From positions 28,053,863 to 28,117,862 of the forward strand of contig NC_068995.1 in assembly GCF_001194135.2 (NCBI RefSeq): a stretch of 64,000 nt of DNA. The letters run 5' to 3'. The first letter of the stretch is position 1. Every line of letters begins with the position of its first letter. The position numbers were made by a program, and so were the translations under genes. This DNA comes from Octopus bimaculoides. Taxonomy: Eukaryota. Under the pieces are notes generated by a model, which worked only from the letters and a program-made list of their open reading frames with translations, had not been told where the DNA came from and ran no database searches. Shown one piece after another: positions 11,560-24,659 of the stretch.

Positions 11560-13240
11560 AACTTTCCTAAGAATCCCTACTATTTTCTGAGTTGCCTATA
11601 TCCATCTGTTCTTCCATTCATATTGAATTCCTTTCTAGTTCTTCTGTCTAGAATTGCTAATTCAAATATGTCCAATCTACAAAAGCTGCTGAATATCTAA
11701 GTAGAAATACTACCTAATTATTTACAACCTTCACTAGATTCAGGCCATTTAGCTTCAGGTTCATTAACATAGTTAATCCTGTCAGATTCTAATACTCTTC
11801 TTTCAGTGATTTTAATGTTTGGCTAGCTGGTAACTGAATGCCTTCACTGCTGACTACCTGTCCTTTTTTTATGACTAATATTGCGCACTTATCTATGTCA
11901 AATTCTGTACCTATATCTTTGCTGAAGAGTCTTACAGTTGTATTAAGGAATCTATCTCTTTTTAATTTTAACTAAAAAGCTTCAGATCATCCATGTATTA
12001 GGTTTCAACTAAGTTTCTGCCATTTTTCTAAATTTTAGAATCTATTTTTATCAAGAATTCTATTTTTGAATTATTTTGGAATCTATTTTTTTTTTTTTTA
12101 ATCTAGTTGATTTTAGTTAATTTTTGTTTATTTTCAGATCATTAAAATGGAATGTCAAGTTATAAAAACGAGCATTTTCGACACCTCTTTCTTTTTGCTT
12201 TTAATCAAGGTTCTAAGGCCACAAAAGTTGCTCGCGACATTTGTGCTGTGTATGGAGAGGGTGCCATGGCTGAAAGAACCGCTCGTGATTGGTATGCCAA
12301 GTTCAAAAATGGAAATTTTGACCTCAAAGACACATCTCGTTCTGGCTGTCCAGTTGAGTTCGATGGAGAGGGATTAAACCAACTTTTGTATGAAAATTCT
12401 CATCAAACGACAAGGGAACTGGTAGAGAAAATGGAATGCTCTCACACTGCTATAGAGAAGCATCTTCACTTGATGGGAAAGGTTCAGAAGTATGGAGCAT
12501 GGGTTCCACATGCTTTAAGTGACAACACTGCGCATGAAACAAGATCTTCATCCGTGTAAAAGATGTTGTGCGTATGGTGGGACTGGGAAGGGATTATCCA
12601 TTACAAATTACTTGAATGGAACCAAACGGTCAACACGGAACTCTATGTTAACAGATGGAATGACTCAACATGGCTATTCAAGAGGGAGATTAAACATACT
12701 ACAAATAGTCATCCAATTAGATACAACTCCATTCAGGCAATCCTGAAGTTGTTCTCCCCTCTCTTGAAATTAACTTTCCCAAAGGCTGTTTCACCTGAAT
12801 AGAGATTTACTTTCCATTTCTTCATGATTAACTCATTTATGCTGTCTGTAATACTGAGAATATTCTCAAACACATGAGTGTGGAATCATGCATGTTATAA
12901 GCTTTCTTATAATCTATCCTTGCTATTGTTAAATTTTTGCTTCTAGATTCCACTCCTTTTAGGGCTGCTTTGTCTATGTGTTCATGTGTTTCTTTAGTCT
13001 TCTTCCTGCAACCTTTCAGTTTTACTGAAAGTAAATTCTGACTGTGAAGATGCTTATAAATGCTTACTGAGAGCATTCCTGTTAACAGCTTCCATGCCAA
13101 TGGTAAACAAGTGATTGGTGTATAATTACTAGCTATATTGCCTTTGCTTTTGTCTTTCCTAAGAAGTACTGTTCTCCCTCTAGTCATCCAATTAGATACG
13201 ACTCCATTCAGGCAATCCTGAAGTTATTCTCCCAGTCCAA
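11560..13240 (-). mobile_element. R4/Dong-like RT remnants interrupted by a mariner fragment
   Basis: WMTRGRTVLL.KDK.KGNIASNY.PITCLPLAWKLLT, IDYKKAY (12837-13187); LFSKDIGTEFDIDKCA (about 11890-11940). Confidence 0.75.
12090..12690 (+). mobile_element. Mariner (Mos1-like) transposase remnant with internal deletion
   Basis: HTH region (ARDICAVYGEG...WYAKFKNGNFDLKD..RSG.P), WVPHALS, and the catalytic-domain piece MLCVWWDWEGIIHY.LL..NQTVN.ELY. Confidence 0.9.
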
Positions 13241-13279
13241 TTAAGTATTCTTCCTAACACATTATCCATTATTATTAAT

Positions 13280-13640
13280 ATTATTATCACCTCTGCCTTA
13301 GCATGGACAGAGCTATTGTTTTCAGTTGTGTTTGTTTGTTTGTAGACAAGATATCTCAAGAACTGCTGGATAGATTCAGATGAAACTTTCAGGGATGTTT
13401 GGCCTCGTGACTGGCATAAACTTATTAGATTTTGGGATTATCTGGTACTGGACAAGGATTCTAGATTATTTTTCTGGTTTTTTCACTTAATTTTTGAGAG
13501 CGGTCAAGTTCATTTTTAGTATTCTCGTTTGTGAGAGCAGCTAAGTTTATTTTAGATATTCTCATTTTAAAAATCCTCTGTGGCTAATCGTTGAGAGGAC
13601 ATTGGTGTTGCTCTGGCGGAGGTTTGTGCTCTCTGAGTGT
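13280..13640 (+). mobile_element. Non-autonomous Helentron-associated (HINE/DINE-like) element
   Basis: Subterminal inverted repeats acctctgcc (13289-13297) and ggcggaggt (13615-13623), followed by a short hairpin gtgctctctgagtgt. Confidence 0.6.
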
Positions 13641-14199
13641 CATTGCCGCCGCCACCACCACCACCATCAGGTGGATCTATGGAGAGGTCACCAATTTCAT
13701 GGGTTCAAGGAGTAGATTTTAAGTGTAAGCATAACATGTCTGAATACATATTGTATTTATTGTGTGCCAGTGGAAGTGTTAAGGGTGAGTAGAAGCAGCC
13801 ATAAAAATAAGAATAAAGCAGAAATAAGGAGAAAAATATTAAAGGAAATATCAAATTAGAGTCACAAAAAACAGTGTTCAACATCATTTTGGTCAAATGT
13901 AGTGTTTGCATGCACTTGTCCACACTGTTGAAGTGTATGCATAGAGTAGTTGGATTGTTAATTGTGTGTGCATATCTTACATAGTATCTTTTGTTTCATG
14001 TCTGTATTTGTGTATGGAGACTGTTTCTTTGTGTATCTGTGTATGTGTGCTTGCGTGTGTATGTGTTTGTTTGCATGTGCATTATATTCATTTTGTTTTA
14101 TCATATATATGTACAATGTGTGCCCACAATACTTCCAATTCACATGTACAAATTTGGGATTTATGGTTTTTTACTTAATACCTGTCATATATAGGTATA

Positions 14200-14398
14200 T
14201 GTGTGTTTGTCACTCCCACCCCCACCCCAACAACGGGCTTCTTTCAGTTTCCGTTTACCAAATCCACTCACAAGGCTTTGGTCGGCCCAAGGCTATAGTA
14301 GAAGACACTTGCCCAAGGTGCCACGCAGTGGGACTGAACCCGGAACCATGTGGTTGGTAAGTAAGCTACTTACCACACAGCCACTCCTGCGCCTATGT
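14200..14398 (-). mobile_element. tRNA-headed SINE (family also at 27870-28190+, 29490-29915+, 31270-31465-, 34545-34720+, 34985-35165+, 35760-35900-)
   Basis: Head ggagtggctgtgtggtaag...ggttcagtccc with A/B-box-like motifs; shared core ttgggcaagtgtcttctactatagcc. Confidence 0.85.
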
Positions 14399-14889
14399 AT
14401 ACATGATTGCAATCTATTTATATTTTTGAAGGCATCCATGTTTTTGGTGGTGTGCATCTCAGAAGTATTGTACATGAGGTTGGTTTGTGTGCAGTTCATC
14501 TGCATAATTGGATGATTGTGCATGAATGTGCCCATGCTCTAGTGGATGGATGTGGAGGTAAGCTTTGGAGAGATGTTGCGTACATGCATACACACCTACT
14601 CACATACACTCTCATACCTCACGTGGCAGATTTAAAAAAAAAAAAACATGCAAAACCAGACGATTTTTTTTTGTCTGGTTGCTCAGGAAAGTATTAGAAT
14701 TTAAATATTGTATATATTTATTTAAATATATATGTTATCATTATCATACGTAAGCAAAACTGAAATATCTTGTCTTCTGTAAAAAAAATAAATAAATTGA
14801 AAAAAATTGGAAAGACTGTTTTAAATAAAAGGAAGGGATAAATAAAAGCAAAGAAACATTACTCGCTTTACTTGTAGTACTTTTCTTTC

Positions 14890-16876
14890 ATTACATGGCT
14901 ACTTTGAATGAAATGCTTCAAAACATGGAGTTACACATAATGGAACTTTGCAAATTTTACACATATAACGGGATTCTTTGCAAATTTTACACATATAACG
15001 GGATTCTTTGCAAACTGGCTTTCCATAGGCATCCCATTTTTTTGCACATTCCACACACTTTCTTGTGGGAAATTTCTTCTTTTCTGTGAGAGGAATATCC
15101 ATGGGAAAATGTTCAAATGAGTACTGAGTAGGATGAGATGAAGATGGTCATCCAATTCATTGACGAGGAACATCAACATGATTTTCAATAACTTCAAGTC
15201 TGTATTTCATATGAGACATTAGTTTTGCTGTGGCTGCATTCATTTGAGTCAATGATTCTTTATAAAGTATGTATGAATTCCACACTGCCAGTCCATCATG
15301 TGAAAAAACACCTTCTTGTACTACCTCTTTCCATGTTTTTGGGATACGGGGTAATCAACTAAATGTTGGTTGAGTTTGTCAACTACACCAATAGTGAAGT
15401 TGTAATCATAAACCACTTGTGGCTTTATTATCTGTTTCCTTGGATGGATTATGAATGGTAGAGATCATAGTAACATCTTTTGTATCCTTCTATTTTAGTG
15501 CCATCACCTTTCCTCTTTGAAAAGCACAAATTTCACTTTTTTTTTTTTGGCAAATCCTTTCTTGTGAGATGTATTGTTTCTAGAAAATCTGTGTAATTAG
15601 CTACTAAAATATCTGCTAGTTCTGGATAAGCATAAAAATTGTCCACAGTTAGGCGATATCCTTTTCTCAGCAAAGGTTCCACAGGATTCATCACTATTCA
15701 TGGTGTCATAGTAAGTTCTTGATATTTGTTGCTAATTTGGGTTCCCTTTTCACAATAAATCATAAATTCCCACACATAGCTAGTGTCAGATTCACATAAC
15801 ATGAAATATTTAACTCCAATCTATTCTTCAAGGGTAAATATTGAACCCAACCCAATCTGCCTTTGTATAACATGAGACTCTCATCAATGGAAATGTCTCA
15901 TTTTAGCATGTATGAATGCTGAAACTTCTGTTGTAGCTTAGAATATATATCATATATTTTATGCAACTTAGGATTTGGGTGACTTGCTTTGTCATAAGAG
16001 TCATTATCAACGAAATGTAGATATTCTTTTATTTTACAAAATCGCTTTAGAGACATGACAGTTCCATAAATTGGCTGTTCAAGAAGAGGATGCTTTGACC
16101 AGTGCATTTCCAAATCCGGTGCCTTTATAATACTTCCAAGTATGTTCACAGCAAAAAATAAACGCATTTCCCTGACTGTAATAAGGTGCCAATTCTTATC
16201 TCTAGGTGAAGTTTGTTGTGCAAATCTATTTGTCTCACTGCACATAAAGTCAACTAAATCATCAAAATAAAGGGATAAAAAAACCAAGGAGTCATTTCCA
16301 AAACATCACAATCAATTGATATTCCTGGGTCTCCAATGAAAGGAAATGGTGGAGTAAAAGGTGCAAGATTATCTCCAACAGGAAGCCGATACCATTGCCT
16401 GGCAGCAAGCAAGGCATCATCATTACTATCATTATCATCATCATCTCAGAGAATAACTTCTGGATCCAATTCACTTGCATTAGAATCTGAAGAGTCAAGA
16501 TTAGCAAAATTCATGTCAATTTCACTGTTGCAGCTCATTTTAAAAATTAAAAGCAAAAATGCAAAATGTGTCCTTGGAATAAGTAAACGTATGTTCGTAT
16601 GTGTGTGCTAATGATGAATGATTGGTAAGTGCAATGATGTGAGACGTGAGTCATGTTACTGAAGTGAGAGCATGAATGGCATGATGTGCAGCCAGATGTA
16701 TGATTAGGACAAACACTTGTTTACACCTGAAAAGCACCGTAGAAGAGTTGAGTTAGTCAAGATATTCTGTCCCAGCCATTATTTGAGAGAATAACTTTTG
16801 GACGAGATATTTCGTACAACTCTGAAAAAGGTCAAACATACAAAAACGAGATATCTTGCCATTGCCAGGCAAGGGG
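14890..16876 (-). mobile_element. piggyBac element (PGBD4-like transposase pseudogene)
   Basis: 5' end TTAA|CCCC at 16880-16873 with repeated cgagatat subterminal motifs; acidic N-terminus; ETNRFAQQ, PDLEMHWS, MS..RF..IK.YLHF.DN; cysteine-rich C-terminus; several frameshifts; 3' TIR not found. Confidence 0.88.
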
Positions 16877-17499
16877 TTAATGCCTGCACACACAATAATT
16901 TCAATCATATTAATAAACCTCAGTTCTAAATATTGTATTGATTTGGAAAAAGAAACATAAAACAGAATAATGGGATATCAAGTCTAATAACAAAATTAGC
17001 TGTCATGTAGATTGATGTAGAATTAATATATTCACTTTTGTACAGTAAATGCATTAAATACAAGCGAAAGGTAAAGATGATGAGATTCATAATGGCTATT
17101 GCCACCATAGTCTTAATTGTCATTGTTTTACATCAGCTTTTTATGCTGACATGAATTGGACGGGTCATTTCTGCACTCCTAAAATAGATGACACTCCTTC
17201 TACATGCATACTTACACAAACTACAAACATCCAAATCAGGTGCAAACCCATCTACCAACACTAATTGCTTAGTACTTTGCAATAAGTAGTAAGAACATGT
17301 GTGAAAGAGAAACTGACCCTCCACAATATCTAGGAAGTTTTCTAAAAAGTAGTTGGTAGCTTCTGTTACCTAGGGGATCTAATTATCAGTGGGTCTCAGT
17401 GTTCTGAAAGCATAGTAGCCATAGTAAGAATAGACTGGTAGTATAATATATTAATGTTATCATTAGTTGCTCCAAAAGAATCGAATTAAAATATTACTT

Positions 17500-18485
17500 A
17501 AGAGGGAAAAAGCAGAGTTGTTAACACACCAGACAAAATGTTTAGCGGCATTTCATTTGTTTTCATATTCTGAGTTCAAATTTCACCAAGGTTGGCTTTG
17601 CTTTTCATCCTTTTGGGGGTCAATAGAATAAGTACCAGTTGAACATTGGGGTTGGTGTAATTGACTAGCTCCAAACCCCAAATTTCAGGCCTTGTGCTTA
17701 TAGTTGAAAGGATTATTTAACAGGAAAATATTTCAATATCATGTGATTGTTGTAAATGACATTCAATTCCAATATTCTATGGAAAAATATTACCTTGTTT
17801 GGAAACAGGTAACAGCTGACGACAAGAAGGGCATTTGGCTATCGAAAATTTGCCCCAATAAACTCCATCTGACCCATGCAAGCTTGGAAAAGTGGACGTT
17901 AAAAAGACAATGAGGATAAGTTTGCTAACACACACCATTGAAAACAAAAACTACAAATTTTGCAAAGATTTTGAAGAAAGTGAAAGAATAAACCTGTAAA
18001 CTTACCTAAAAGTTTATCTGCCCTTAAATTTTCCATATCATTTACCAAATTCCAAGAAAGTACCACAGTCTTTTTCGATGTTGATACAAGAGTAAAATCT
18101 GCTGGAGGGAAAGTCTCATGGACTGTTTCTTGAGAAACTGGGTTCACTAAATCATTCCTTTCATTAATTTTACATTCAATACTTTTAGAATCTACAAGAA
18201 AAAAATAACTTTTTGAAATGTCAAATTCAAATCCAATCAAATATATGAAGAATAATAATTTGTATAGCTTAAGGCAGCAAGATGGCAGAATTGTCAGCAT
18301 GCTGAACAAAATGCTTTTAACATTTTGTCTATCTTTTACATTCTGAGTTCAAATTCAGCCAAGGTTGACTTTGCCTTTCATCCTTTCGGCATTGATGAAA
18401 TAACTACCAGTTGCACACAGGTGCCGATGTAACCAACTAGCTTCCTCCCCATAAATTTCAGGCCTCGTGTCTATAATAGAAAAGA
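17500..18485 (+). mobile_element. Two copies (17500-17720, 18265-18485) of a second SINE family flanking the FN3 exon
   Basis: Shared core ttctgagttcaaatt..gccaaggt.gactttgcctttcatccttt; the same family occurs at 19720-20385, 57036-57710 and 57990-58110. Confidence 0.85.
18006..18191 (-). CDS. CEP97: Exon encoding linker and first FN3 strands (...TFPPADFTLVSTSKKTVVLSWNLVNDMENLRADKLL), phase 1->1
   Basis: Acceptor ttttttcttgtag|, donor TTTAG|gtaagt; 186 nt; PP..F.L..TS..TV.LSW is the FN3 A/B strand signature. Confidence 0.85.
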
Positions 18486-18518
18486 TTATCATTTAATATA
18501 GTTTATTAATGCTGCTAA

Positions 18519-19081
18519 CCTTCAGCACACTGATTTACCCCTAGAATACTTTCCTCTGCCACTGTATTATTTTTGAAGGACAAAAGATATGAGCACCTAC
18601 TGTTTTAAAATTGTTATAACTTTTGTTGTATTGTGTGTACAGACTTGATTTTTTTGTATACCAATAAAAGAAGGGATGAATAATATTTTTATGTAAAGCA
18701 TTAAGGAATAAACAATAGAGTTGCCCCTCAGAAATGTACCTCCTTGAGGCCAGTACTTTCTTTAAACTATCTAGCTATGGATGATAGTATCCACTCAGCA
18801 TATCCTCGAATAATTTCACCATCTATATCTGCCTGAATAATTCCTTCAAAATTGTCATCTGAGTCAGAATCAAATAAAATTTCTTCCAGAAAACCTTCAA
18901 ATGCAGGAGTGGCCATTTTCGGTCAGTAAAAAATTCCCAAAACTAAGTTCGATTTCAAAGCTTGATTACCTTGTGGTTAGTATATAAACAATGAAAAAGG
19001 TGTCAGAAAACAGAAGTTTAGCCTTGTTCGGAATTGAAAGTAGCTACAGGGCAACAAACTGCAGCAACAGTGAGGAGAAGG
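18519..19081 (-). mobile_element. Non-autonomous piggyBac-like element (about 560 bp)
   Basis: Imperfect 14-bp TIRs (ccttcagcacactg / ccttctcctcactg), TTAA on the right and CTAA on the left; acidic MATPAFEGFLEEILFDSDSDDNFEG stub. Confidence 0.55.
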
Positions 19082-19719
19082 TTAATTATTAATATGCTTA
19101 TAACTATATCTTTCTATGTAGTACTTGTTACAACACATGAACTTTATCTTGTATCAATTTCTCGCTACTAATTAATATGAAGTTTTTCTGCTTAGATTTA
19201 CTAAAGAAAATTGCATCTGCTGCAGTAAAAGAAAAAAAAATTTCTGTCTAGATTTTCTACAGAGTAAAATCTGACTACTGTTTTAAAGAAATTTCTCACC
19301 AAGATGTCCAACTAAGAGATGGGAATTCTAAGAAAACAAAAGAGCTTAAGTCTTCTTATGCTTCCATCTGCCTTACACATTCCAACATCATTTCCAAGTA
19401 GTTTCTTGTAATACACTTACTATGAAACTCTTATCATTACCCAACCTTGTCCTGAAAATGCATATGGAGAGCCCAATCTCCATATCTATATCTTTGTAAG
19501 TCCCATACTTATATACATTGATGTTCCTGCTCTTTTACATGACTCAAACAGTCACAAGGTGTGTTCCTATATTTCATGTATGCTAAAGTTACCATCAATT
19601 TGCAATTGAGAAATTTACCCCTTATGTCACAGACTAAGAAAATAGCACTAGTCATGATGAGCTTTGTATATTTGTACTCCAGTGTCACTTTGATGGTATT
19701 CACTGCTCTCTCACTCAAT

Positions 19720-20385
19720 AATCATAATCCTTTCTACTACAGGTACAAGGAAGGGGCTAGTCGATTACATCAACCCTAGTCTTCAACTGGTCCTTATTTT
19801 ATTGACCCAAAAGGAAGAAAGGCAATGTTCACCTTGGTGGAATTTAAACTCAGAATGTAATGATAGATGAAATGCCACTATGTATTTTGTCTGGTGTACT
19901 AACGATTCTGTCAGCTCACCACCTTAATAATAATAATAATAATAATCCTTTCTACTGAAGGTACAAAGCTTGACATTTTTGGGGAGGGGACTAGTTGTTT
20001 ATATTAATCCTAGTGTTTCATTGGTACTTCATTTACCAACATTGAAAGGATGAAAGGCAAAGTCGACCTTGGCAGAATTTGAACTCAGAACATAGCAGCA
20101 GATGAAATATCGCTAAGTATTTCACCTGGCATGCTAACGATTCTGCCAACTCACTGCCTTACTTAATAATAATAATAATCCTTTCTACTATAGGTACAAG
20201 ACATGAAATTTGAGGGAAAGGACTAGTCTGGTACTTATTTCATCAAGCCCAAAAGGATGAAAGGCAAAGTTGACCTCAGCGGAATTTGAACTCAGAATGT
20301 AGTGACAGATGAAATAACGGTAACCATTTCTCCCAGCCTGCTAATGATTCTGCAAGTTCACCGCCTTCTTAATAATAATAATAAT
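19720..20385 (-). mobile_element. Three head-to-tail SINE copies separated by (TAA)n
   Basis: Unit taataatcctttctact...aaggatgaaaggcaaagt.gacc...gaatttgaactcagaa...ctaacgattctgcca repeated three times. Confidence 0.9.
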
Positions 20386-21239
20386 AATGGTTATTCATAG
20401 TAATTCATTAAAAAATGGAAGCAGCTAACCATGTATGAAAAACTTGGTTGCTGCCAAGTGATTGCAAAAAAACTTTCTTCTTCATTTTAGATAGAGAAGG
20501 CAGAGACCAGCCAAAGGATCTACTTTCAGAATCTCTCTCTCTCTTCCTGTCAGAATAACAACTATAGAGTGACAACTGTCAATGCTGGTACCATAAAAAA
20601 TATTATATTCACAGTAGGTTGAGTAACTGTGTTAAAAAACAGTCAGTGGCTAGTTGTGGTTATTTAGCCCAAGGCCAGACCTACTAAAGCAGACAGGTCT
20701 ATGATCAAAGGCTATTCCAGATGTTATCACACCATCATTATGTATAGAACAGTGTAACTGAAACAACATTATCCAATGTGTCTTTTCATACGATGGCAGT
20801 GTGTTTGAAGAAAACTTCACTGCTATTTCTAGTAGGTCAAATGACAATGTAGAAGCTTCCTCATTGGATTATTGCTATCAAATAATATAATGATGTTAAA
20901 GTTGATTTATTTGGAACAATTTGAGAGATGTATGGTGTGTGTATGGGGGGAGGTGTCATCATCAACATCATCACTTAACATCCACGTTGAGCTCTAATGT
21001 TAGTTTTGGAATAGTTTTTACAGCTGGATACCCTTTTTAAAGCTAACTACTTAAAAGAGTGTACTGGGTGCTATATTTGTGCCACTAGCACTAGTGATGT
21101 TGTGTAATTTGCAACAGAAGAAAACAAGGAAAAACAAAAAGAAAAAGCTCCCACTACTAAGTGGGGATTATCTGTGATGAGAAGGTGGCTTTACACCAAG
21201 TGTTGAAAGGCTAATGTATACTCGCTATAGAGGAGACAC

Positions 21240-23420
21240 TTGGCTTAAGGAGATGAAAGGAAGGTGAGCATAAGAGAGGATATGGACAGCGGGTCATGGG
21301 AGGAAAGGAGAGAATGGATACATTCATAAGGGTGTGAAGGGGGAGTAACAGATGGTTAAAGATGGTAGTGATGAATGTGGTGAGTAATGAAGAAGGGTGG
21401 AGGTGCAGTTGAAGGGAGACACCAGTATGGAGAGGGGTAAGGTGAAAGATATATGACTGGTTCAGGAACAGATCAGAAAGTAATAGAATGAGGTGAAAGG
21501 TGCAGAAGTGACAGAGAAGGGGCTATAGTAAGTGGGGCATGATGATAGATAATAGAGGGCATTGAGAAGGATAGCAGATACAAGAGGTGTTAAGAATGGA
21601 GCATAGTAGAAGGGAGAGAGTATTGGCTGAGGGCATAGGAAGGAAATGATTGTAGAAATAGTGAGCAGAGATAATAATGAGAAATGGAAGTGGTTCTGGG
21701 GGAGGGGGTATGTAATATGTGCTGATTCAGCTCTCAGGTGATTACAAACAGCCAAGTAATACCATACATAGGAGAGTGATAAGTGTTAGAAGATGAAAGT
21801 TGGGGGAAATATCAGAGAGGCGGTGGGTTTTTAGGATATCATTTTTGCTGTGATGGTCAGGTCTTCTTGACCACAGTAAATCACCAACCATCTTGGTCCT
21901 TTGTCATCTGCTCTGCAAGGCTCTGCATTTTGAGATCCACCTTCAATAATTTGTCCCATGTCTTCTGGGGTCTCCCTTTTCCATATGTTTCATCCATATT
22001 AAGCATTTGGACTTCTTTATGTAACTGTCCTCATCCATATGCATCATATGATCAAGCCAATTCAGTCTTTTCTCTTGCACACTACATGTGATTCCTCTTA
22101 TGACCAATTTTTCTCTCAGTACATTAGCATTCTGTCTTCCGTGCACTCTGACATTGCTCATCCAATAGAGTATACTAGTTTCATGCGTCTCTAGTCTTCA
22201 TATGTCCTCTGAATTCAGGGCTCATGTTTCACTACCATATAGCATTGCTGTTCATACACAAGCATCATACACTCTGCCTTTCACTCATAAGAGAGACAGT
22301 TTGTTGACAACAGCAGTAATAGCTCCCAGAACTTTCTCCATCCTATTCTTATTCTAGCAACTATATTTTCAGAACATCCCCTTCTACTGCTAATTAGATT
22401 GCATAGGTAATGGAAACTATCTACAACCTCTAAGGTATTTGAGAAAAACTAATTTCCATCAGCCCTTAGTCTTTATGGCACCAGTGCATCTTTCACATAC
22501 AAACACTACTTTCTCTGTTAGCATTGCTGTGATTCCTTTGCACTTTTTGAAGTCCATAGATTGCACTGGGTACACCATATGGGATTCCTGACTCCACCTT
22601 TCTCACATATTCAACAGGGCTATTTTACCTGAAGGAGGTAAAAATGCTACTAGTTTTCATATTTACAAGAATTTTGGTCTTTGCTAAGTTAATTTTAAGT
22701 TTCACTTTCACACTAGGAATTTCTTTTCTATTTCTGTAACAGATTCCACTATGAAAACAAGTTTATCAGCATATAGTAGTTCCAAAGGGCAGCTAGTCTT
22801 GAAATTTTCTGTTCTGCCCTGGAAAATAATGAATTGGAGGGGATTGAGAACAAGCCCTAGTGAACACCTACCTGTACACTAAATTCACCACAGTACTCAT
22901 GGCTCTCACCTTACTGACAGCACCCCTGGACATGGCTTGTCTAATTCTGTTTTTAATCAGTCAGACAATAAAATCTCTATAACTTTTATGCTCTGGTTCA
23001 GCAATGTAATACCTCTGTAATACTTGTATCTATTATCTAAGCCATCTCCTTTACTATTGTAGCAGCTGACTATAATGCTGCTACACCAGTCATTAAGGAT
23101 AACACCTTTCTGAATAATCTGATTAATTATACGGATGACTAGACCGGATCCTATCTGTATTTGAGTGGTAATTCCCAGTGGACCAAGGGCTTCCCTGTCT
23201 TCATATCCAGACACCCTGACTACCTCAATCACCTTATTCACCTATTTCTTTACCAAAAATATATGCCCACCACCTATTCATTTAGAAGAATTTGTATGTA
23301 TGTTCCTTGCCACAAGCAGTCTAGATGAGACTCCTGTCCATTGTGCCTTTTGCACACAACACACATCTACATGTCCCTATTCAAGTATTTCAACAATCTC
23401 ACCAGACCTATTTTTCATTG
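21240..23420 (-). mobile_element. Heavily degenerate RTE LINE (pyrimidine-rich 3' UTR subfamily)
   Basis: Fragments NDWCSSIIVSCY..KGD.LD..YRGITLL and QEKRLNWLDHMMHMDED; APE start at about 23400. Confidence 0.75.
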
Positions 23421-23719
23421 TACGAACATTGATTGTAGTGGCTTAAGTTTGTAGACTTGTGAAGCATGAAAGGGTAGTCTGAGGACTGTTTCCAGTATCT
23501 GCAAAAAAGACTTTTGCAGGCACATGCAGCAGGTCCTTATGCATGTCAGTGTAAACAGATATTGACTAAAACATGAATTGCAATTTCCTTCAGTTCCACA
23601 AAGCCTCCATGGATAAGCAACTGCTAGTAGAGGGGTGAGTAGACAGGGACGAGAAAGGGAAATTCTTTCTTGTCAATAGGCAGCTTCTGGCAGCGGAGAG
23701 GTTATGGAGCCTACCATGG

Positions 23720-23721
<2 letters not shown>

Positions 23722-23774
<53 letters not shown>
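23722..23774. repeat. (AT)n microsatellite
   Basis: Directly visible. Confidence 0.98.
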
Positions 23775-23777
<3 letters not shown>

Positions 23778-24659
23778 GAAAAATAGTTTGATAAGTGCTA
23801 ACACACAAAACTCTTGGCCCTTGAATCACTCTGTTGCTTCTGCTAAATATCAATATATATTTATAGTACACCTCTTTCATAATATCATTGAGAGAAATTT
23901 TTAAGCTACTTACCATTACAGACAGACAGATAGAAAGAACAAATTACAACTACTACTAAAGGCATGGGAATTTTGAGGGGAAAATTAGAGAAGTTGTGAA
24001 ATGAAGTAGGGTCCCTATGATAATTACTGCATCTACTCTGGAAATTAGCATAGCTGTTTTTTGTATCTATCTCTTAATACTGTTTATGATCTGGCAAGCA
24101 TGGCAGCCACTTCTCTTCTTCTTGTTGCTGCTTTATATATAAACCCCTTTGGATATGCATTGTCCTCAAAATTACTCTGCTCGTGACTTTCTTCCATATT
24201 TGACAAAATGACCAGCTAAGTTGTTGCTTCTTCTTTGCCTTTAATTGTACCTCATTCATCTATTTGCATTTCTACCGAGTAAAATACTAACCTGTCTCTA
24301 ATTTAATTTAAACTAACTTATAATCGCAATTTTGTCTCATTTAGCACACCTAGTAGTAGTTTAGACATTTCCTTACGTGTCATGCACTCAACCTTTCTTG
24401 CCACCACCACCTATACCAGAACCCCCCCTCTCTTTCTCTCCCTCTTTCACTTCTGTACCAGAACCTCTCTTAGAAACTCTTCCTCCTCTCAGTAGTCTTT
24501 CATCCACATTACTGCAACACACATGCTGCAGTGTATATCCTCTGTGATTGAAGAGTACCTATCAACTAATTAATTAACTATTTTAATTTTATTAACAAAG
24601 CTTGCATAGCACTCACTTTAAGCAGATGCAGCTAGTGCAACATATATGAATGATGATAG

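Noticed and set aside
19300-19327. 28-nt microexon-like segment (ttttgttttcttag|...|gtgaga) on the minus strand
   Set aside because: Not frame-preserving between the phase-1 neighbours; at best a poison exon, with no supporting evidence.
24060-24290. Protein-like reading (MEESHEQSNFEDNAYPKGF...) and a gttagt donor
   Set aside because: Stops in all frames, no usable acceptor, and resemblance to a decayed LINE RT thumb.
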